Source: Catajapyx aquilonaris (Eukaryota). Taken from it: a stretch of 64,000 nt of DNA. Where the stretch lies: the NCBI GenBank assembly GCA_000934665.2, contig JYFJ02000340.1, positions 62,001 to 126,000 of the forward strand, read 5' to 3'. Of this stretch, positions 52,401 through 64,000 are shown piece by piece. Positions within the stretch are counted from its first letter, which is position 1; the number at the start of each line of letters is the position of its first letter. The position numbers and the translations under genes are program-made. The notes under the pieces are model-generated. The model searched no databases and was not told where the DNA came from. It worked only from the letters and a program-made list of their open reading frames with translations.

Positions 52401-55086
52401 GTGACTTTTTCCAGTCATAAAATAATCAGAAATTTACGATTCACAAAACGCATGTTCTTCATCCTTACTATATAGAATCACTTTTTTTTTCGATGCGGTA
52501 GAATTCCAGGCTTTACAATGATCCTTTTTTGCCGCTAGTTCTCACGAAACCACCTTTTCTAGAGGGTGCACCGCAGCTCCAGTAAAGCGGATCTAGTGTT
52601 TATCAATTCAAATGTAAATTTAATATTTCACCAAAATGACATTTTTACTTAGCCATATACTATTGAAACCGATTAGGCACGAAACAGTTACTTGAGATTC
52701 ATGCATTTGCATATACACTGCAGGCTCATTCCTTTATGGACAAACGGATGAAAGGCTATAAAACGAGTGGGACACTCCCTTTTAATTTTAATTCCAACTG
52801 AATATATAAAACACCTGTGAATTTTAAAAAGACGCTGGGACTCCGCTCGACAAACTTCACTCATGTATGATAGGCCTGCTAGCAATGTAAACCGCACAAT
52901 ATTGCTCTTTTAAATCCATTATTCAGTGACATTACTGTACGACCAAACAGTTCTATCCGCATGCAATATTACTGATCTGCACGACCGAAATGACTGCCGT
53001 CCTTTGCCTATAATATTATCTACGAGCAGCCTCTACGTATCTCTCTATGATCCTATAGAAGTCAGGCGTGAGATGTCACGGTGTATCATAGATTTTAATT
53101 TGCTCAAAACTGCTCCATTTCTATACAGAAAGCTTATACTACAAAAGTAGTTGTTTGTGACCAGATAGCACCCCTACCTTAACAAGGAGAAAACTAAACT
53201 CCGTGCAGACTCCAGCGAGTTGGAAAGTATGCTGCAACGAGACATTAATTTGGCCGAACTGCTTTTCTGCTCCGGTTGGAATTGTTTTACGGCGCAAGTA
53301 ACCTATTAGTCTCAGGTAATACAGGCGAATAAGGCGAATAGGGACAAGTGAGCCACTACCAATAATAGAAAGAGGCGTGGGGGGTGTAACACCCAGAAGT
53401 CGTTATGGAAATTCCGGCCAAGTGCAAGGCGACAAAAGATGCGAGGGAAACAAATGGAGGTGGCAAAGATGCTAGGGAAGAACTTGTTGCAACTTTGGTT
53501 CCCATCCACTTGGGCCAAGGCACTTTGTCACTGAGGAAACCTTTCCTAATCTTAATTAACACAACTGAGGCGCCCCATCACTTACGCCTTGCTCGCTCCA
53601 AAGAGCTCTGCCCACTTTTCCTCTCGCCTTTTCCCAGCTTTTCTTTTCTTTCTTTTCGAGTGTCCTCATTTCCCGAGAAGAAAGTGTTCCCTTGGTGCCA
53701 CCATCTTCACGTATCCGTCCCTGCGGTTCTTTTGCGTATACCCCCCAGAGGGTGTTGCATCTTGACCACAAAATGACGTGTAAGAAGTCAAACTGGAGGT
53801 TGGGCATGCATGACCTCCTACGGTCACGGCATCCGCCTTTTGGCGGCAGAGGATCGATCCATGCTTTTCTTCTCCTTGAACAACCTTTTTTGTTGCCCGC
53901 ACACCCCACAGACTTGTACTTGTCTAGTGCTTGCCTGCATCACCAGGCTGACTCTTATTTGGCCAATTTGGGGACCCGTTACCTTTTGCCCGGAATCTAA
54001 ATGCGATTCTGTACCCGCAGACTCTGGTGTCAGTTCGCCCGCAGCTATAGCAAAGGCGGCCTCTTTTAATGGCACAGTTTCGCCCTTCTTGTCACTAGAT
54101 CTACGCCTATTTTTTTGTCTTTGCCGCCAGGCTCGATTTGCTCCATAGATGGCTGGGTGTCAGCTTGTGCAGAATACCACGAGTCTGGACACTTTGAATG
54201 CTATAATACAAACCGGCCCGCCGTCTTTGACACTTGTTCCCGACTGTCATGGCCGACGAGGACACTTCAGATATGATAGATGGACAACTAAGACCTGTCA
54301 CTTGGGACCCCTTGTAGTAGTAAACAATGGGCCCACCCTTTTGAGGCCAGGCGTGTACATCCAGATGACCAATGGTTAACAATTCTTCTTTTACAGCCAG
54401 CTAGGTTGTCAACCGTGTGCAGTATGCACCATTGTCACGCTCCAAACCACCCAATAACATCAAGGTGCAGTATACGAGGGTATGAGCACAGTGCCATTTT
54501 AATAAATTCCAGGTGGTGGAGTCCAACTAAAAGTGGAAGCTTGCCCTCGGCTGCTGGCAGAATTTCAAAGCAAAAAGAAGAATGTTGCAGGTCATTAATG
54601 GCGGAGAATACATTCACGAGCGTGTTTTTGTCTCCCACGGTCCTTTTTTTTGTGTGTCGAGCTAGGAAAAAGACGTGCCATAAATCACATTTTGTGTAGC
54701 AAAATTTGGGCTCCCCATTTCCGGCAGCATTCTCTTCTATCTAAGGCTTGGAGGGTTCCACAGCATCTGTGGGTCATGTCTCATCTTCCGCATTGCTGGA
54801 AACGGGTCCACCCTTTTTTTTTAAAAAAAAAAAAAAAACAGCTCGCAACAAAGCTCTGTCCAGAATTCTAGCAAAAAAATGAAGCTTGGATGCGTGAGCG
54901 ACCAGAGTGCGTTTTCAGGAAAAAGCGACCAGGGAGTTTGGCGCTGGGGCCAAATTGGCGAATTGTCGCCAGGCAGACACTCGAAATGACTGCAGCATCC
55001 AGCTTTTGCCAGTCTCGTCGTACCGCATTCCTACATACCATGGTATTGACCGATTGCAAATCTTTGGTCTGCCCCTGTACAATGGG

Positions 55087-55201
55087 ACGTAAGTCGAAGC
55101 AGGTCTCGACTTACGTCTGGATCCGGAAGCCAGAAAAGTGTTGTGGTTTCGGAATAACTCTTCGACTTACGTTTGAAGAACTATCCACGTACGTAAGTCG
55201 A
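55087..55201. repeat. Four copies of an 11-mer in mixed orientation, probable DNA-transposon relic
   Basis: ACGTAAGTCGA at 55087 and 55191; its reverse complement TCGACTTACGT at 55106 and 55162. Confidence 0.75.
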
Positions 55202-55420
55202 GCCTGTACCAAATTAGCAGGTAGTAAAATGGGCAAGTGGTTGCATAATGTCGATTGCAGCTGGGATTCGGGGGGGGGGGGATATAAATTCGTAGAGCCG
55301 ATGGGGGCGGATCAGCAGTGCAAGATCGATTGGCAGCACAAGCAGCAGAGCAGACTCAAGCCGCCAATAACAGTCTTCGCACTTGGCGTTTCACCCCCCC
55401 CCCCTGTCCCCCCACGGCTT

Positions 55421-55450
55421 TGGCCCCCCTTGGCCCCCCTTGGCCCCCCT
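55421..55450 (+). repeat. Tandem (TGGCCCCCCT)x3 after C runs; G-quadruplex-prone minus strand
   Basis: Three exact 10-bp units preceded by further C tracts. Confidence 0.85.
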
Positions 55451-58060
55451 TCGAAATAAAGATGGACTGCAGGACTTCTCATTTGCATCCGAAACGGAAT
55501 AATTTGCTTCCGTTACCCGCCTTGCCCTTCTGCACGCGTTTGTTTTTCGTTAGCTATTCCTTTTGAGTCGGCTGCTTCTAGCGATACTGTACCGCTAATT
55601 GGATATACCTACAGTATTTTACTCGCGTTTTCGCCTCCGATCCGCCTAAACAAATACGTGTACCGCACATCCGTATTGTTTTCTCGTTCATTGTGTTCAT
55701 GCACTTGTAGAAAGCTGCTCTAAGGACATGAATTAAGTAGATAGTTTGGTCAATGGATATGTAACAAAAGTGCAACGCTATTAAATTTGCTTTTGCCAAT
55801 TAGCATTTATTAGTCACCTATTTCACGCCTGAAGTGTTTGGCAAACTAGCCCTCAGGAGTAAATATAAAAATTAATTACACGAAGTGTTTGCAGAGCAGC
55901 AACTGCTAGTTAAAGGAGATGCTTCTTATTATGGTACTATAATATTGCATGTCCTTTGATTTTGGATTGAAAAAATATTTTGGGCATACAAGTGAAATTC
56001 ATTGAGTCCAAAAACCAAGCTACGAGCTCATCGAAGGCAAAGATTTGTCCTTGCACTTCCGTACATGCTATCCAGAAAATCCTGGCTACCTGGCTCATTA
56101 TGAACAAATTATTAAGCCGGAGATGCGACATTTCCATGAAATGTAGTCTCACTTGTCAGTACAGCTTACTTACAGCGCTAAGCTCTAAAAAGGTGTTGTG
56201 AATATTTCCTATATCTTGCCACCAGGTGTATGTAATAATCATTGTAAACATGGGTCGAATTAATCCATAGCTTTTATATAGCCTGAAGGACTGAACTCTA
56301 ATAGTGAGCTGCATAAAACAAAGCTTTACTTGCCCGGAGGTGCAGAAATGTATCTACAACACAATGACGTTTCTGATCATCCGACTTCGGTATTTTTTGT
56401 TTTGTTTTACGTAATTCTTGACGTTGAAAGGTTTTTTAAGTGGCCGTAATGCTCGATATAAGGCAAGAGTAATTCGTTTCTTTGCGGCAATTACAAGGCC
56501 TGTAACACCCTTGTCGTGTAGTGGTACAGTCTTAGAGCAACATCGTGAACCAAAGACAAATTAAGACAAATCAAACTGCATTTTAGTCAGTAATCGAAAT
56601 GGAGTTACATGTTTAATGATGTTTCAGTACTACCCTTCCTCATACTTAATATCCAAAGATAGTGTTACATAAATTATGACACACCACGCCAGTTTAAAAA
56701 TCCCTATTCTTTTCCTTTCAAAGATAACCTAGTGATGTGGCATTTTATGCGAGTGTTTCATAATCCGTGTTCATTATCATGTGAAATTTTTGTCACTCGC
56801 TGTGGCTTTGGGCAAGTGTACAAGTATATTCCACATTATTTGGGATCATACCCCCCGCCTCCGGGAAAATCCCTTTGTGGAATATGTAGTACAAAATGAG
56901 CGAGGATTTAAAAGGTGCTACTCCGCTTTTAGTGTCATTCATCCAGAAGTGTATATACATTGGTAACCATACAGAACTGCCATACATAAGCGGAAATTCC
57001 CACCAGGCCATTGCCACAGAAATGTGGCGACTTGAAAATAAATCTTTAATACGTACAATAGCATTTATGAGCGGTGGCTCATTACATATATGCCTAATGT
57101 CGTCTGGTTAATTTTTGACCACATTTTGCAGTACTACATGTAAAATTGTTTGACTTTAAAATGGCACACTTTCTTTGAATATTTTATTTCTTCACTCGTG
57201 ATTAAGCTTTTGAAAGACGATTTTTTGTTTACATGCCCATCATTGCATCCTTCACAAGCTGTAGTAGAATGTAATGCGAAGTGCAGCCCCTTTCAAAATT
57301 TAGAGCCTTTTGGGCAAGTTTCATAATTAACGCTCAAATCTAATAAAAGAATGATAACACTGCCATGACCGCTAGGGTCCAATCAGCCAGGAGCAAAAAC
57401 AGGCCAGGTAGCCTCGGGGTAATTTAACAAATCACAGCAAAGTTGCACCTGTGTCGTGTGTACCAGTGTATAGCTATTATTTTGGCAGACGCGGTACTGT
57501 GGTAGGTCAAGTCAAGCTAGTAACTCGCCAGGTATTTGCCCCTCCACTTTTGATTCAGAGGTCCTCACAGTTATTGTGAGTGTAAACTTAGGACTGCAAC
57601 AACGAAACCGGAATGCCATGGAAGCCCGGAGGCAGCTTGGAGGGTAAACTATACTGATGTGACACAAGTCAGAAATGTTTGCTTTCCATTTTCAACGGTG
57701 CCCTTTGGGAGTTTATGCAAGTATGATACAATGCGTTGAAGCAAGAAACCGTCCAACCTTCTGCCCGCAGTGCATGCCTGGTACCCTAGGTGCGTGTTAT
57801 TGGAGGCAACAATGTTTCACAGGCTCAGTGTAGCGTTCATGACCGGGTATTTGTTTAGTGAGAATCGGAGGTGTCACAGGAACTTTGCTCCACACACAAC
57901 CATTGTGGGCATGAAGGCTGGAGCGTACAATTATGTACGAAAAACTCCGGCCAAATCGATTTTTTTTTTTTTTACCTTACCCTGAGATGAATGGCCATAA
58001 TTTGTTTTCTTCCGACCATTTTTGCACAAGAGGGTTCATATGGCTACACGCTATAAGGGG

Positions 58061-58067
58061 NNNNNNN
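58061..58067. other. Assembly gap
   Basis: Seven Ns inside a G run. Confidence 0.95.
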
Positions 58068-61000
58068 GGGGGGGAAATGACATCTCATGCAAGAAAAGTA
58101 CGATCAATGAATGAATTCGGGGCGACAAAGCAAAGCACCCGGAATGAAAGGGTATTTTTTTTGTACAGCTTATCTTGCAAAATCCTCAACTGTATTTGAC
58201 TTATCTCACCTACCGCTATCGCATTTATGTCATTGCCAAGTCACCAGTGACTCGGCGGTATAGTCGGGGGTTTTTCTGCCGCAAAATGTCGAGCACGTAC
58301 TGTACCGGCACGCTCGCTGTAAATTCTCAGCTTGAGCCCATAAAGTGTCGGGACTGACCTTGAGGTTATCCTGAAACGTTTGAAACCCAAGCGCCTCTTT
58401 TGGTCACAGAGTTGCCTACATCGCAGGGGCTTTGAGTGTTCCACATTTCACGTAATCTGAGATTTTCCATTTACAGCTAATGTGAAATAATGCAGCATTA
58501 TTTGTCTACCATAATAAATCTGGCTAGTTCGGCTATGTGTGAGAAAATCAATGCTAAAATAGGCCGTTACTTCCTATAAAAGTAAAGCCCGATGTAAAAC
58601 ATCTATATTGAATTCTGCAACATCCTGTACAGACGGAGTGGATTTTCCAGAAATTAGGTGGAAGTGAAATAGCCCAATTTAAAAATAAGCTCCCCCCATT
58701 TATCTTCATAACGCACAATTGGGCCCGAACGAGCGTTGTTATTGCACGGCCCCTATTTCCAGCGCCAACGAGCTTTAAGTACCTCCAAATTTTCAATATT
58801 GCAAGTGAGCATCAATTGCATCAGGTGAGACACCTTCCTAGACCCATATGACAAAAGTGCGATATAGATGGTCAAGAGTGCATGATTTGTGAATAGCATT
58901 CCCTGCTGAGTCCGCACTCAGTGCTGTGGCCAGGCTCGGGTCTCTAGCAGTCAGAATAGTAATAGCTGCAATGATGACAAATGGAAGAGAGCGGCTGGAC
59001 CTGTTTTCCCGGCTGCCCCATGAAAAACGATTCGAGTGCGTGCAGTATGATTGTAACCAGGTCGACTTTTCCACAGCCTCATTCATGTGGAAAGCAGAAC
59101 GTGAGCATTGCATTGCCGCGACTGGAAGATAACCGAGATTGAATTTCCTTCCGCCAAGTTCCTTTCACATCGGTCCGGAAGTGTGAAGCGTGCGACTGCA
59201 AAAACACTTTTCAGCGAAAAGGATAATAGGTACCTGTGTTGCAAGAGTGCACTGCCTATAACCCTAGGGAATGCCGGATAGTGTGGGTAAAACACGGACC
59301 CACTCCTGTCGAGTGGACTTTCAACTAGGTGCGAAACCGCTGCAATTAATAACAAAAGAACGCTTATTGGCGTCCGTCCAGCCGTGCCCTGATGGAATTA
59401 GTCAACAATTGACCAATAATTCTGCTCAACACCGCTCCCGCTAACCACTACTCGTGTGATCGACCTGCAACAATACTGGTCGCTCTTTTTCGACTTTCTT
59501 TTGTGGGTGGAACTGGGCCAGCACCTGAAGTGTGTAGATATGGGTTTTCCTCCCAGGTGTTGGGAAAGGGAATATTTGCAGGCCGACTTAATCAGGCGAG
59601 TCCTGCAGCTTCCTTCCTCCTTGCAGAACTGCCGCCAACATCCCCGACGCCCACAAACTACCTCCGCCTAATTCATTTACGCCTCTTATTGCCCTCCCAC
59701 AAGCCACATTCATATCAAATTACCCACTGCGATAATTTCAACATATAAACTCCCCAGCAGTAATAATACAGTATTTAACATAATCAGATCTGCGAGAGCT
59801 AACAAGGTTTTGCCAAGATGCGGCGCACGGTGGCTTCAAGTCAGACAACCCCAAAATGTGATCGACAAGGGAAAAAAATCCTACCAGTAGTATAGGCCAT
59901 CTCGGCCCTAGTAATATGTACAGGTAGAGTCCTAACTTGCAAATAGTATTCGCCATACGAGAACCTCTCTCTTATTTTACATTCTCTCTAATGCATATAT
60001 GCATCTCATTACTGCTCTGCCGTTATTATCTCTGCCAAGGCAAAATGAAATGTTGAATTGCATCATGCGAGTCCATATATGGAGTACAGCCGTGGAAAAA
60101 AAATTCTGCCATAATGAGAAATCATATTTTAAAGTCGTATTTCATCACGCAGGAATAATAAAAGGAAATGGTACTTTTTAATTTTTCAATCTATTTGTTT
60201 TTAAAGGTTGAAAGGGCTGTTGTGTAAAGCCTGTGTCATGTTTCCCTTCCCCTCCAAGTGGCAAACTCTGCCATTTCACTAGTCAAGATAACTCGACCGC
60301 CTAGTTTTGAAGCTAGAACGTTTTCTACTCGCTCAAGCTGCCTAATACAATAAGAATGCCACCGTCTCTCTTTTTGTGCGAGCATGCAAAAGAGTCTAGG
60401 CTCCCATTCTCAATTTTCCCTCCAATTTCCTCTTTTGCGCCTGAAGGGAATACACACTGCGCATATTTATTTCTCGCTTCCCCCAAAAGTGCATTTGGGC
60501 GGTTCACATGCTCCCCATCAACAATTCTCTTCGCGTCAATCTTCGCCGGGACTAGTTCTCTAGCCCCCCACCTCCTCCTCCAAAAAAATTTTTTCCTCGC
60601 CCACATAAATGCAGTTAGGAAAAACCTCCACTGACAAAAGCCAGCCTGAGCCGATAACTTGTCCAGATGAAAGAAAATGGAGAGCAGCCAAAAAGGAATC
60701 AATGTTTGAGATCCAACTGGCAGCATGAGAGCATTTTTGGAAGTGGAGGGCGCAGAAGAAAAAGGCCGAAAAAAAAACTATGGGGGCCCCCGTGTGCATG
60801 GCAAATTGGCTCCCTTGTTCTGAGCCTATGCAGTCGACAAAAAAAAATTCCACTCCTTCCACTCGTTTTTAAATGAGTTGTCTCTCACTCTTGCTGTAGG
60901 GTTGACATATGCAAAATATTGGCATTTTAGTGTCACCTGTCACCACTTCAATCTTGATTACTAGAAAAGTGTCATTGGGAGAAATTGAGCCGGATTCAGT

Positions 61001-63636
61001 AATTAACAGCAAAATTTTGATTTTAACCCTTTATCTCCCGCTGGATTTCGAGTATTTCACCGAGTATTATTCAAACGCCCATATCAGATCCGGATCATAT
61101 ACAGTACCGTATATTTGTATTGAAAATTACTGCTTCCTAACACTGTGGCCTGGTTCGTGTCACGCCATCTACTTTCAGATCCGTAAACTATTATCGCGAC
61201 TGAGCGTCATCTAGCTGGCAAGACACTTTTTTGATAAAACCTTGTATGCACGGACACTGCAGGCATAGGCCACCCCCTCTTTTCTCTTGGCGCCTGCTGA
61301 TTCCCCTGTGAAGCCGGCCTATTCATCATCCGACGGCTAACATTAATCTCCGGCGAGCTCCTTAAAGCCCCTCCGCCTGAAAATCCACTCTGCCTCCCCC
61401 CATTAAAGCCTTGTTAACAACCAGAAACAAGTGGGCTGTTTGTGCAAAATGCGGCCAATAAGCCGGCCAATTTGGCCAAGTTGGCCACCACCATTTTCTA
61501 TGTCCTAAGAATCCAAAGATGAGTGGAAAAATAGGGTTATGTCCATCAGTTTCGTCAGTCAAAAGTCCCGCCCTGCATTTTTAATGACAAGCCCTTTTCT
61601 CAGTTCATAAAAGCTCGGCACGTCACTTATTCAGGCGGGCTGCAAAGCGGCACAAATGGAGAATTCTACCCCCCCCCCCTCCCTCCTCCTCCAAACCCTT
61701 CTTCCTTCTCACCCCCGCCTTCCAGAATTAATCAATCGATACCCCGTACAGAAGGAGTTCCTCGGCCCTGACTGTACAAGCGCCCGAGGTGCATTTTTTG
61801 TCACGACGAGGCAATAACACTTGACGTTACTATTGACGTACGGAAACTCGTTGCAGGCGGACTGTGGTCGAGCTTTGCGGTGAGGGATAAGGACCGCCGG
61901 GCTGGAGGTATGTGAAGCCACTTCTGATGCACCCTGTAGTAATCAGAACTTTCCACTCGCAACTTTCAACTAGCACTCAAGCTGTGGTTAGGCAATATTC
62001 GTGGGATGAACAGGGTGTGACTTAAGACTAATTTGTGGTACTAAATTGAAATTGCAATTTTAAAATAAAACTGATTTTTTCCCCCTCCATATGGAACCGC
62101 AGACAGTATAGTATCAAGGCTCTAGAAAAGCAGTCCAGCATTTATATATCCTTTTTTTTCTAGAAGTGTGAATTCAGCACCAGTCAACTCTTCCCTGGCC
62201 GCAAAATATGAGCCACATTTCTTTTTTCCCAAGCCACCCTGCGCCATCATTTCAGCTTCCTTAGGCCCCTCTCAAGACCTGAATACACTTGTCTCGCGTA
62301 AATAATCGAGGGCGCAGTCGCCAAAAAAAAGCGAGAGAAGGTAGCGACAGAAAAAATCGCACAGTATGGCAGAGGAAATTAAACCACAAGCCGGCGAGGA
62401 TGCAACAATTTTTTGGCCATACTTGGGCTCAGCTGGCTCATCCTAGTGACCTCCCTAGATATTGCGGGCCCAGCCATTTTTATTTTGATTCACCTGCCAA
62501 CATGGCGGTGCAAAATGGCGTCCGGGAAGAAAGGCATTTTTCTCTTGACTCCTCGGCGGCGCACAGAGGTCAATGACAAAACCATCAATCACTGCAAGCC
62601 TGGTTTGTGGATCGATTGGAAATAATCTCCCAGCCCGCCTCTATCTTACTCCCCACTTCATTAGCCGCATTATGTCTTCACTCGGAATCCAAGTCCCTAT
62701 CGGAAGCATTTCTTCCAGCAAGCTGTTCAAACTTGGGTCCTTGGCATGGTGCAAAGGGGTGGAGGGTATTATTTTGGGGACTAGCTGCACTGCAGGTGGA
62801 AACACGGGATATAGCCAAAGTCGTATCAATCATGTGACGTCAAGTAGGCTACTCGATGCATCGAATAGGAAGGAAAAGTCGACAGCTCTCATTTTCACCT
62901 TTGTTCTTTTTTTTGCTGATGGCCGATTGATGCATTTCTAATAGGACGTGTGCTTGCATTTTTGCCTGGATTTTCTAGCAACGATGAAACAACCCGTTTT
63001 CAATAGGAACCTGCACTTGACACACCAACTAGTCCTTCTATATTGTTCATTGATATTAAGAATAACAGTCAACAAAAAGTCACTGCGAATTATGTTAGTA
63101 GTCTTCACTTCTTTTTCCTTATTATTTTCTGAGAGATAAAAAATCGGTTGTGAGCGACCGTTCATGATAAAATCGAAACTACTGTGAACTGATTGGGTGT
63201 GTTCCAGAGAGTTGTCATGGAAAGAGCTCCACTTTCAAATCACAGATGTCAGGGCATATGTAGCCTACAGGAGCCTGCACTGTCCGATCCTTTCTCACCC
63301 GTTGTTCCTCCGAAAACTTAATTAAACTTAAACTTTTGAATTAGAAATATGGTGTCATCATCTGATCCTCGTGTTAGGATGGAGGCTTAAACTCGGCAAT
63401 TACTGACCCGTTTGTCATTTCACCTTGCAAATGAAAACTTTAATTACAGAATGATCAGAGTCACACCGGACTGATTTTGTGATATGAGAGTTTGAAGTAT
63501 AATGACTGCATTATCCCTTATGGGATGAATTTTTAAGGAGCGTAATATCTCTTACAGAATTTTGATATGATCTTTGTGTACTTCAAGTTTTCATATTATG
63601 ATTTTCAAAATTCCTAATTGACCATAATATTAGGGT

Positions 63637-63980
63637 AAGGGGAGGCGGAGTGGCGCAGCGGTAACGCTTGCGCCCACCGATGGAAAGGTCCCAGGTTCGA
63701 TCCCAAGCCGGGTTTTCCCTTTCTCATCTCGTGTGGAGTTTCGTTGTCTCTGGCTTCGTCTCGGGTGGGATTCCTCGAGACTACCCATCCAGGGGTCTGC
63801 ACAAAACGACATTGCACTCACACTCGCACCTGCACATTTCCCCTCCCAGAAAATCCTTCCTCGCTCGCGGTACCCGGGCGTTACGGAAAAGGACCATGCT
63901 TGTGTACCATAAACAGCAAATAAAGGTACCGTGCCATATGCCCATCAAATGGGCGGTGCACTAACCCAATAAAGAAAGAA
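63637..63980 (+). mobile_element. Full-length tRNA-derived SINE with short (AAAG)n tail
   Basis: 8-bp TSD ATTAGGGT (63629-63636, 63981-63988); A box TGGCGCAGCGG (63651-63661), B box GGTTCGATCCC (63694-63704); 5' part homologous to 43771-44151. Confidence 0.9.
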
Positions 63981-64000
63981 ATTAGGGTCTGCTAATGTCT

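Noticed and set aside
136..63964. The ORF track as a set of protein-coding genes
   Set aside because: All ORFs are 190 aa or shorter, overlap on both strands, have random-like composition and show no recognisable domain; this is expected by chance in non-coding eukaryotic DNA.

Overview
This is eukaryotic (animal, probably invertebrate) genomic DNA that reads as gene-poor intergenic or large-intron sequence. None of the listed ORFs resembles a protein family I recognise, and I see no operons, rRNA, intact tRNA, CRISPR array or transposase gene. What the sequence does support is a dense set of small non-autonomous mobile elements: TA-flanked Tc1/mariner-type MITEs, PIF/Harbinger-type MITEs, a 1.4-kb foldback element, and three tRNA-derived SINEs with clear target-site duplications (TSDs). 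It also holds two perfect palindromes, microsatellites, three short N gaps beside G/C homopolymers, TAAT-rich enhancer-like segments and three weak candidate exons. The most unusual item is a three-copy, ~370-bp foldback MITE family with 8-bp TSDs, one P-element-like CATG terminus and a dissimilar CAGC terminus; one copy is rearranged. I found no convincing new multi-gene system. All superfamily assignments rest on termini and TSDs read by eye, not on database searches.
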